Positions 36,260-46,848 of a stretch of 57,131 nucleotides of DNA are shown piece by piece. Location of the stretch: contig NC_068992.1 of NCBI RefSeq assembly GCF_001194135.2, forward strand, positions 209,184 through 266,314. The letters run 5' to 3'. Source of the stretch: Octopus bimaculoides (taxonomy: Eukaryota). Both the position numbers and the translations under genes were made by a program. The notes under the pieces are model-generated. The model had not been told where the DNA came from, searched no databases, and saw only the letters and a program-made list of their open reading frames with translations. Within the stretch, counting starts at the first letter, position 1. Each line of letters opens with the position of its first letter.

Positions 36260-36950
36260 GAAACAATAGACCATCTCGTCTGGGGACGTACTGCGCTGAC
36301 CCCGAACGAGTACAAAAATCACCACGACAGAGTAGGACAGTATTTACATTGGAAAATATGTAAATACTACAAAATGAGCAGTCCTGCTTATTGGTATGAA
36401 GATCATCCCGAACCAGTCGTTGAAGGTAAAAATATTACTATCCTCTGGAATTTTCATCAGCACTGACAAAACGATCCAGGCTAATCCACCAGATATAATT
36501 ATTTAAGACAGGTAAGAAAATATTTGTAGACTAATAGATGTAAGTGTTCCCATTTATAAAAATATATCTGTAAAGGAATTTGACAAATTAAGTAAATATA
36601 AGGACCTGGAAATTGAAATACAAAAGGTGGGGCATCTTAAAGCGAGAACTGTTCCCGTTATTGTAGGTTCCCTAGCTATGATTAAAAAAAAAAAGGATGT
36701 CAGAAATATCAAGATAAGATCCCAGGAGAACCATGTCTCAGAGAAATCCAAATGATTGTACTGGCAAGTACTGGCCACGTCCATGGAAAAACCCTATCAG
36801 TCTAAATATCTGTGTTATATTACACGAAGATATTTCGCTACATCCCCTCCCCAAGCTTTCAGTCATACTGTAACATCTCTTATCCTTCACTCGTCCCAGG
36901 ACGCTGGGTGTGTTTCGGCAAGTGACTGTAACAAACATGCAGATTGAAAG
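36258..36950 (+). mobile_element. 5'-truncated R4/Dong-clade LINE (restriction-like endonuclease end)
   Basis: ETIDHLV...EYKNHHDRVGQYLHWKICK...ITILWNF, then NPPDII...LIDVSVP...KEFDKLSKYKDLEIEI...VPVIVGSL (PD..D/E..K RLE). (TAA)n on both flanks. Confidence 0.85.
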
Positions 36951-36953
36951 TAA

Positions 36954-37033
<80 letters not shown>

Positions 37034-37230
37034 CCTTTCTACTAAAGGCACAAGGCCTGAAATTTTGCGGGAGGGAACTAGTCTATTACATCGACCTCAC
37101 AATTTCACTGGTACTTAATTTATCGACCCCGAAAGGATGAAAGGCAAAGTCGACCTCGGCGGAATTTGACAGGTGACATACCGCTAAGCATTTTGTGCAG
37201 CGCGCTAACGATTCTGTCAGCTTGCCGCCT

Positions 37231-37231
<1 letters not shown>
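37034..37231 (-). mobile_element. SINE family A flanked by (AAT)n on both sides
   Basis: Intact core ATCGACCCCGAAAGGATGAAAGGCAAAGTCGACCTCGGCGGAATTTGA. Confidence 0.9.
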
Positions 37232-37296
<65 letters not shown>

Positions 37297-37387
37297 AATG
37301 ATGGAAAAGATACCGGTATTCATATCAAATATACGATAATGAAAATACAATTAGTAATGATGGTGGTGGTGGTATTGGCAGTGGGGG

Positions 37388-37419
<32 letters not shown>

Positions 37420-37739
37420 TTGATGGTGATAGTAATAACAAAAAAACACACAAGAAATGCTCAGTCTTGTACTCTGCGTTGCCTTTGTGTCGATGTCATT
37501 TTCCTGTGCATTCTCTGATAAAAATCAGTCAACTAGAAGGACCAAGTAAATACAAATGAAATACCAGCCACAATACAATTCCTACACCCCACCCCTCAAG
37601 TTCTACCATGCTAATATGCACAAGATCCGCCATACCTCACTTTGCCACCCCACCCTCGTCTGCACAATAATTCAGAGCACTACAAGCACTGCTTCAAGAT
37701 CTCTTTAGCAATAAGCAGTGTGAACATACATTCGTACAG

Positions 37740-37810
37740 CATGTTGAGGTGTGTTGATATACGTGTGCATAGGTCTGTGTTTCATGCAGATATGTGCATA
37801 TAAAATACAC

Positions 37811-37846
<36 letters not shown>

Positions 37847-37884
37847 TCTTTATAAATTACTATTTTACCAAAACATTTATGCAC

Positions 37885-37939
<55 letters not shown>

Positions 37940-38015
37940 TACATACATATTGATACACGTGTATGTGTGTGCATGTGGTGTATATGCGTATATACGTACA
38001 TACATTCATATGTAC

Positions 38016-38052
<37 letters not shown>

Positions 38053-38123
38053 ACATACATACGTACATACATGTATATAATGTATATGTATGTATGCACA
38101 CACACATATATATATGTGGTGTG

Positions 38124-38169
<46 letters not shown>

Positions 38170-38309
38170 CATATATATACATATCTTTCTCGGTATATAT
38201 ATGTACATATATATACATATCTATATGCATATATATAATATACATACATACATGCATACATATATATATGTATATGTATATATGCTCATACACACACACA
38301 TATGTATGA

Positions 38310-38385
<76 letters not shown>

Positions 38386-38475
38386 GTAAGTAAATATATG
38401 TGTATGTATATGTATATATATATATATATGCAAGACATGTGTATATACGTACTTGATTATTTATACACTACCATA

Positions 38476-38508
<33 letters not shown>

Positions 38509-38510
38509 TT
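37740..38510. repeat. Compound (TA)n/(CA)n/(TG)n microsatellite field
   Basis: Long alternating purine-pyrimidine tract. Similar fields at 23750-24090, 27700-28270 and 42270-42760. Confidence 0.95.
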
Positions 38511-40039
38511 TCCTAGATGTTGAATAAATCCAGGCATATAGATCTGACAGACTTTGTGATTGGTGTTGGGCATCAGTGATTTTCTTCGACTTCTTTTATT
38601 GATTATACCATAACCTAGTTCAGAAAATATTGGGAAAAATAGATTTCTTTATTCTGGTAAATTCACAATTCCTTTTTTAACGTGATGTTTACTTTTTCTT
38701 ATAGGTGCGTGTGTATATATTATATAAATGTGTGTGTATATATGAGCGCATGAATACACACACGTGAACACACACACACATGCACATTGGTCGATTCAAT
38801 CTGTTGCTACTCTGAGTTTTGCCTTCAGGCGCAGGGGATCTTCAAGCAAGGGTGGTAACTTGCTTGAAGCCCTTGTGCACCTGTAACGCGTGTACCTATT
38901 GGCGAGAGCAACTGGAGACTAACTCGAATAAAGTATAAATAGTATTAATCTCTTATATGATATCGGGTAGACTTTCTTCCACCAGTTCAACACTGAACGC
39001 GTGTGTGCGTGTGCGTGTGCGTGTGTTTGTGTGTATGTGTGTGTGTTTGTGTGTGTGTGTGAATGAATCTGTATTACTTTCAGACGAAGCCTCTTTTATC
39101 AGCGTTGCAGATTACTGCAGAGAGGCACTACTACGTAGCGAACCCGTCCCCGCCAAAATAAAACACTCAGAAAAGAAATACTCTATAGCATAATCCACCA
39201 CAGAACTTGTTACAACTAACATTGTAAAATATTTTATTTCATTAACCGGAAATAATATCTCACGTGACCATAAATTCACTAACATGTTCAGCAAATAGCA
39301 GCATGACGACAGGATTCAACTCCAATATACATACATACATACATACATACATACATACATACATACATACATCACGTACGTACGTACGTACTCCACTAAG
39401 TACCTACGAAATAAGAGGCAGAAAACGGCGGCAGACTACAAAAGTAGGCTGTGCAAGACCAACACTGAAGTCATCAGCAACAACCGTGTAAACAATGCGG
39501 AAAAGAAGCATTCAAAATAATGAAGTAGAGTAATTAATTAGTGCTAATTTACTGCTGAAACTTTACAAATTGTGGCTTTAAGTAACATGTTATACCAATT
39601 CCTAAGCAATAAAAGAAATTAATCATTCCATCTCATATTTATATAAGAAACAAAAAAAAAACATTAACTATGAGATGCAGGTTCACAACAAAGAATATTT
39701 CGAATTGTTTTGAGCACGTAACAACATGATTCAAGGTTGTCTGACGTTCATCTATTTTCACATATTTTGCACACATTTTCATTTAACGTGACAAAAACAT
39801 TGAATATAAGATGCACATTAACATATAAAAATGATTTTATTTCGCACACAAATATATGATCTATTGATTAATTTCTTTTATTACTTGAGTATCGATAACA
39901 TTCAAAAGCAATTTCAGTCGTTTAGTAATAGTAACTCATTGTTTGTTTAATTTGACAGATAACGATGTCTAAATAATTCCAGTATTTCAACTAGACCGCT
40001 GAAATCTACAAGTTTTTTTCATTCTCTCAGTTTATTTTC

Positions 40040-40175
40040 TCTTATTCCTTTCTGATGAAGAGCGTAGGCTCGAAACGTAAAAGACTTTATCATTTTCCCG
40101 AGCGTCAAGCTAATACACTTACTTTTTGTTCATACACCTGTCTTCGTCTTTTGTTTTTCTATAAATTTCTCCCTC
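40040..40175 (+). mobile_element. Penelope-like pseudo-LTR fragment
   Basis: Carries a hammerhead motif; homologous in reverse to 42010-42125. Confidence 0.7.
40048..40083 (+). ncRNA. Minimal type I hammerhead ribozyme motif
   Basis: CTTT / CTGATGA / A / GAGC-GTAG-GCTC / GAAA-C-G-T-A / AAAG: 4-bp stem I, intact core, 4-bp stem II, palindromic ACGT stem III. Confidence 0.75.
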
Positions 40176-40364
40176 TCTCTCTCTCTCTCTCTCTCTCNNN
40201 NNNNNNNNNNNNNNNNNNNNNNNNNNNNNNNNNNNNNNNNNNNNNNNNNNNNNNNNNNNNNNNNNNNNNNNNNNNNNNTATATATCCCTTCAGCAAAACA
40301 GTTATTTATCATAAGATAGCAATAAAAAGCTATTGTCTTAAGGAAAGGTTATCTGCAAAAATAT

Positions 40365-40705
40365 TATTGGTTTCAAATTTTGGAACAAGGTCAGCAATTT
40401 TAACTCAGAACGTAAAGTCGGACGAAACGCCGCTAAGCATTTTGTCCGGCATACTAACATTTCTGACAGCTGACAACCTTAGATACTCAATACATATTGG
40501 CTTCAAATTTTGATACAAGGTCAGCACGTTCGAGAGAGGAGGCTAGTCGATTACATCAACCCCAGTGAGTAACTGGTACTTATTTTATCAACCGCGCAAA
40601 GATGAAAGGCAAAGTCGACCTCGGCGAAATTTGAACTTAGAACGTAAAGACAGAGAAAATGCTGCTAAACATTTTGCCTTTTGTGCTAACGCTTCTACTC
40701 GCCGC
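40365..40705 (-). mobile_element. Two SINE family A copies (one internally deleted)
   Basis: TATTGGTTTCAAATTTTG tails at about 40365 and 40495; core GATGAAAGGCAAAGTCGACCTCGGCG. Confidence 0.8.
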
Positions 40706-41029
40706 TTTCATTTACAATGATAATATTAATTAGTTGCGCAATAAGCAGCATTGAATTACATTTAGTTATGTTTAGTCATAATTAGTATATTCGCGTGCAT
40801 TTGCATATGGAAAGACAGTGCGCTGTTTAAGCTGTCTCATGAGAAGAAATTCTCCTTATGAGGCAATATAGATGTGAATGCTCCACTAAGCTATGAATGG
40901 CTTCACTGGAGTATTGGATGCATATGTTTCATCAACTATGTATACCGAGCCGTCATTTATGGCCACAAAGATTGGACCTAAAATTATAGTTGCACGATCG
41001 CCGGCGAGGCGAATTCCTGGCGCCCGGTT

Positions 41030-41450
41030 GAACAGGAGAGTGCCATGATGAGCATGGAAGTCGTGGACGCAAGCCCGGGTGAAACGGCCGCAGGTGCAAT
41101 AACTTTATGCACGAGCATTACTGACATTCTGCATATGCAATGGTCAGTCAGAAGCCACCAAGACACAGCTATATGGAGACCTCCTGTCTGCTTCCAGCAT
41201 TATAGGAGTAAGGCGGTTACGCTTTGCAGGACATTACTGGCAAGCTAAACAAGAACTGGCAGGAGGCCTAGTGCAATGGATACCGAAGCATGCCCGTACT
41301 CCGAACACAACGAAGATAGATCGAATCACCAGAGACACAGGATACCTTCTCGAAGACCTGCTTCAACTAATGATGGATGGCGTGTACGTATTAAATATGT
41401 CCGAGTAACTGCGGCCAGATGATGATGGTGATGATGATGATGATGACGAA
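41030..41450 (+). mobile_element. RTE-clade LINE 3' end with (GAT)n tail
   Basis: QLYGDLLSASSIIGVRRLRFAGHYW...RDTGYLLEDLLQLMMD..WRVR followed by GATGATG repeats. Confidence 0.8.
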
Positions 41451-41564
41451 TAACCTGTAATGATCTTCCCCATTCAGAAGCGGATAGCCAACATGTATGT
41501 ATATAAATACACACACACATTATATATATATATAGATACACATACATATATATATATGCTTACA

Positions 41565-41615
<51 letters not shown>

Positions 41616-41814
41616 TCATATATGTTCATTTATATATATATTTTTGTATATATATATATATATATATATATAACGGAATAGTTACTGTGGAGAATTGTGT
41701 AGAATATATTGTATAAAGGATCATGGGTAAGGCCAGAACAATGCGAAATAAATACAAGGTAAATCACAAGAAAACAAATATATGAGTTAATGTAGACTTA
41801 CCTTGTATTCAGTA

Positions 41815-41850
41815 TTCAATATTTCGGGGTTATCACCCCATTTTCAAGAA
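41815..41850 (-). ncRNA. Minimal hammerhead variant with U3-A8 core (mirror copy)
   Basis: Reverse complement: TTC / TTGAAAA / T / GGGGT-GATA-ACCCC / GAAA-T-A-T-T / GAA. Confidence 0.5.
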
Positions 41851-41874
41851 ACACATTCGCAACATTCGTTTATT

Positions 41875-41910
41875 TTCTTGAAAATGGGGTCATAACCCCG
41901 AAATATTGAG
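41875..41910 (+). ncRNA. Minimal hammerhead variant with U3-A8 core
   Basis: TTC / TTGAAAA / T / GGGGT-CATA-ACCCC / GAAA-T-A-T-T / GAG. Confidence 0.5.
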
Positions 41911-42009
41911 TACAAGGTAAATCTACATTAACTCATATATTTGTTTTCTTGTGATTTTACCTTGCATTTAATTCGCATTGTTCTGGCCTTACCTATGATC
42001 CTTTATAGA

Positions 42010-42125
42010 AAACCAATACACGAAGACAGGTGTATGAACAACAAGTAAGTGTATTAGTTTGATGCTCGGGAAAAATGAAGAAGAGTATTACGTTTCCAGC
42101 CTACGCTCTTCAACAGAAAGTAATT
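42010..42125 (-). mobile_element. Penelope-like pseudo-LTR with mutated hammerhead
   Basis: Reverse complement CTGTTGAAGAGCGTAGGCTGGAAACGTA has an A6-to-U core change and a stem II mismatch relative to the 40048 copy. Confidence 0.7.
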
Positions 42126-42132
42126 AGGAAAT

Positions 42133-42183
<51 letters not shown>

Positions 42184-42266
42184 TAAAGCGTTTTTGAGTT
42201 CAGCGCATACTGGACTCTATACTTTTTTCATTCTTTTATTTCCTCTAACACCTGTCTTCGTCTATA

Positions 42267-42314
<48 letters not shown>

Positions 42315-42658
42315 CACAGACATATATATACATATATATACATATATATATATGGGTGTGTACATATATANNNNNNNNNNNNNNNNNNNNNNNNNNNNNN
42401 NNNNNNNNNNNNNNNNNNNNNNNNNNNNNNNNNNNNNNNNNNNNNNNNNNNNNNNNNNNNNNNNNNNNNNNNNNNNNNNNNNNNNNNNNNNNNNNNNNNN
42501 NNNNNNNNNNNNNNNNNNNNNNNNNNNNNNNNNNNNNNNNNNNNNNNNNNNNNNNNNNNNNNNNNNNNNNNNNNNNNNNNNNNNNNNNNNNNNNNNNNNN
42601 NNNNNNNNNNNNNNNNNNNNNNNNNNNNNNNNNNNNNNNNNNNNNNNNNNNNNNNNNN

Positions 42659-42708
<50 letters not shown>

Positions 42709-43100
42709 ATATATATATGCATGTGTATATATACAGGTATGTATGTCTATGCATACGGGTGATGTATGCATGCATGTGTTTTCAAGTGTACGGAAATATT
42801 TAATGCTTTCCCGGAGAAACTCTCATTAACAATATGGCTGTCAGAGCTCGAATAAAATGATTCAAATTTCAAATAATTGCTGTCCTTCAGAACTAATTTC
42901 TTGTATATTCTGAAGAAAGAGATTGACCTCAATCGAATTACATCAGCTCTGAGTGTGAAAAAGCAACATGGACCCACTAAGCTTTTTAGTTTGCTAACGT
43001 GAATGGTTTTATTTCTATTTTCTCATCTAGTTTATGTTACTTTGCTATCTCTATCTTTTCCACACAAAGTTGTACATACGCGCAGAGCAATACACACACA

Positions 43101-43171
<71 letters not shown>

Positions 43172-43564
43172 NNNNNNNNNNNNNNNNNNNNNNNNNNNNN
43201 NNNNNNNNNNNNNNNNNNNNNNNNNNNNNNNNNNNNNNNNNNNNNNNNNNNNNNNNNNNNNNNNNNNNNNNNNNNNNNNNNNNNNNNNNNNNNNNNNNNN
43301 NNNNNNNNNNNNNNNNNNNNNNNNNNNNNNNNNNNNNNNNNNNNNNNNNNNNNNNNNNNNNNNNNNNNNNNNNNNNNNNNNNNNNNNNNNNNNNNNNNNN
43401 NNNNNNNNNNNNNNNNNNNNNNNNNNNNNNNNNNNNNNNNNNNNNNNNNNNNNNNNNNNNNNNNNNNNNNNNNNNNNNNNNNNNNNNNNNNNNNNNNNNN
43501 NNNNNNNNNNNNNNNNNNNTATATATATACTCATATATGTACGTACGTATGTATGTATGTGAGT

Positions 43565-45100
43565 GTGTCCGTGCGTGCGTATGTTACCCAGTTTGATATC
43601 AGAGGTTATTATTCGCCAATTACCAAACCCTTACTCGCACAAACTACATTCCTCTCAGTGAATCTGACATTAAAATTATTATGCAGAAAAGAAAATTGCC
43701 ATTACCATTTGACAACAGTATGTGGGCAAAGAAGAATAGTAATTCTTCCTTTGATGATTAGCATGCGGTCAAAGGTTCGGCAGAAATTCGTAGAATTAAT
43801 CTGTCTATATATCATAGGTTATATACATTAAATATAATTTCTTCCAATATTGGTTGTACCACAATGATAACCATTTTATCTTACGTAATATGAATAATAA
43901 AGTAAGTAAAGTTTAGAAAAATCCCATTAAATTATTTAAAGATTTGAACTTCAAAATCATAGTCGTTGTTATCTCAGAAGAGTTTATTTTCTTGGTTTTA
44001 CCGCTCTAAACAGAGAAACCCAATGATGTGTTAACGTATATCTATAAGAATTTGAATAACTCTAAACATTTACCCTGAGGTATTGGTCTACGACTGATGC
44101 GCATCTCGAAGGATGAAAATTCATTAAAATATTTAATATATCATTGTAATGAAGCCTTATAATGAAGTGGGTTTAAGGTTAAGAAAAATTAAACAAAATC
44201 ATGAGTATCTTACTAGATAAAAAAAAAATCAACACATGCATATATACTATTATATATTATTAGACACAAATATATGTATGTATGTATATATTTATATGTG
44301 TATAAACAAAATTAAGGGATCAGCAACAGGTTGCTGATCCCTTAATTTTGTTTATAAATGTATAAGAACTTTTAAATAAGTTCCTCACCGATAATGGTGC
44401 TTACATACCTAATTGCTTGGTAAAAAATTATTAATTATTAATTTATTAATAAATTAATAAATTGATAATCCTTTACCCTTTTAATAGTAATATTTATATG
44501 TGTATGTATGTTGTATGCATGTATGTATGTATGTATGTACGTACGTATGTATATGATATAATTCTTATTTCAATCTTGAATCGTATAGTTTAAATTTTTT
44601 AACTTTGTACATTTACATTTCTCTAGTCATCAGAAATATCAGAATATCTTTGAGCATAACAATATTAAAGTCAACTATTTTACTGTAAGTAAAGTTGCGA
44701 AATATTAGCAGTAGAAGCTTCACACTTACTGCTACCGTTAATGTTATTCAATCATTGAAATGTATAAACTCTGGTGCATATTCTTTGAATTGCTAATTTC
44801 TGGTAAATCTACAGTTTTTTATATCACCAATAAATGTACCAACAGTTAAGCAGCACATTGGTTTAACTACCAAACTATTTAAATTGAAGCATGAACACTA
44901 CATAAACACTTTTAGAAATCTGGTCAGAAGCTCTGACACTAATTTCCTAAAATATTAGTGGAACATAAAATATAAACACACCTGATACAGGCACACATAT
45001 TTTAAGCCTCCGTCATTTATGTCTCTGAAAATATGTTAAAAAAAATTTGTAGCATATAACTTTTTAGAAACTCAATAATTTTCCTTGAGAATCTCTGAAG
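43565..45100 (+). mobile_element. Degenerate Penelope-like element (RT plus GIY-YIG), interrupted at about 44200-44560
   Basis: QFDIRGYYSPITKPLL...DIKIIMQ...FDNSMWAKKN...KPNDVLTYI...NEAL, then HQKYQNIFEHNNIKVNY...HIGLTTKLFK..H...FRN. Confidence 0.7.
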
Positions 45101-45249
45101 TACTACATCGTTAATTATCTAATTACTGTAATTACACATGCTATATAAGTATATACAAGAAACTTACCCCTCATATTGCTCATCTATTGCTATGAAAGCC
45201 CTAGACGGAAATCTTTCCAAATATGTTCATAAATTTCTACATAATTTAA

Positions 45250-45365
45250 TCAACCCTGAAAGGATGAAAAACAAAGTCGGCCTCGGCGGAATTTGAACTC
45301 AGAACGTAAAGATGGACGAAATGCCGCTAAGCATTTTAGTTGACGTGCTAACGATTTTGCTTGCG
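45250..45365 (-). mobile_element. SINE family A 5' half next to (AAT)n
   Basis: GAAAGGATGAAAAACAAAGTCGGCCTCGGCGGAATTTGAACTCAGAACG. Confidence 0.8.
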
Positions 45366-45651
45366 TAATAATAATATAACACTAATAATGATAATAATAA
45401 TAATAATAACAATAATAATAATAATAATAAAGTAGAAGACAAGTACTAAATCGGTTTAATAAAATATCCGCCTCTCCTGAATTTTGAGGCATTTACTTAT
45501 ATCGGAAATCAATATTTAACTGTTAACATTGAACATTTAGCCAAATCTAATAATAGCTTGCATAGACTATTAATAGCCAGCAGTCAACAGCAAAATCTTG
45601 GTTGAAAGAGATTAAAAGTTAATAATAATGACGATAATAATAATAATAATG

Positions 45652-45695
<44 letters not shown>

Positions 45696-45696
45696 C

Positions 45697-45723
<27 letters not shown>

Positions 45724-45727
<4 letters not shown>

Positions 45728-46218
45728 CTTTATTAACCATAAGGGTTTAAATTAAGAAAAGCATTATGGAGGGTTCAAGACAAAACAAAGAATGTGTGTG
45801 TGTGAATGTTTGTTGTGAGGGTTTTGTGTGGAAACAAGACTAACAAATTTTTTAAAATCAACAATGTGTGATCTTCAATAGAGAGGAGACTTCGAGGGCT
45901 GCTCAAGGGAAAAAAATCCATAAAAAACCATTGGTACCCTGATATTGGCGGCAGGTGCCTTTTTTCCAATTACAGGCGTATGCTCAGGGCAGGCCCGTTC
46001 CCTCACACCATTCTCGCCACTTTCATCCCCCTTTCACCAAACTGGCCAGAAGACAACACTTCCCCCTCTTCCCTTATTTTCCCTTTCAAGTGAAACTTGA
46101 AGAAGATCTGGGATTGACCAAAGAGGAAAGTGTTTGTCTTCAGCCCCTTCAATCTCGTCCATCACACAATCTCTTTCGTCATGGCCACCAGGCATATAAA
46201 CACAGCCTTTCCTTCCTG

Positions 46219-46221
<3 letters not shown>
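45724..46221 (-). mobile_element. 5'-truncated L1/Tx1-clade LINE 3' end
   Basis: Minus strand NQEGKAVFICLVAMTKEIV*WTRLKGLKTNTF...VLSS.QF.ER..KVARM..NG..LS aligns with 26021-26404. 3' UTR ends CCCTTATGGTTAATAAAGAAA. Confidence 0.8.
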
Positions 46222-46290
<69 letters not shown>

Positions 46291-46294
<4 letters not shown>

Positions 46295-46675
46295 GACCAA
46301 ATATTGTTGTGGTATATAAAAGGAAACCAAGATCATAGATATTGCAATACTTGGAGACGCACGCATAAGTGACAAAGAAAAGATGGAAAAGTACAGACTA
46401 CTAAAAGAGGAAATTGGAGAGTGTCTGTCATTCCAGTAGTTGTAGGGGCACTCAAAGCACTAACAACCAAGTTCTAGAAATATGTCAAAGAAATCGGAAT
46501 TGATATGAGAGCAGAGCAAGCCCAAAAAACTGTTCCGCTGGGGACAGCTTGGATTTTCATATTGGTACTTGGATGTTGAATGTTTCCCTCTCAGACGGGT
46601 AGTCATGATGGGTATACTGAGGTTTGTATATTTTACCCCAGTGTCACTTTGATGGCACGCAATGCTCTCTCACTC
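46291..46675 (+). mobile_element. 5'-truncated R4/Dong-clade LINE 3' end (second family)
   Basis: NRPNIVVV...IIDIAI.GDARI.DKEK.EKY..LKEEI...VIPVVVGAL...Q..V.LGTA.I. (TAA)n on both flanks. Confidence 0.8.
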
Positions 46676-46750
<75 letters not shown>

Positions 46751-46799
46751 TATTATTATTATTATGTGTGTTTGCATTTGTGAGCTCGTACGTGTATGT

Positions 46800-46848
<49 letters not shown>

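Larger units (their letters stand above)
41712..42007. mobile_element. 296-bp near-perfect palindrome, probably inverted Penelope-like pseudo-LTRs
   Basis: Arms 41712-41851 and 41874-42007 are reverse complements with a few substitutions and one 7-nt indel. 22-nt spacer; each arm holds a hammerhead-like motif. Confidence 0.8.
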
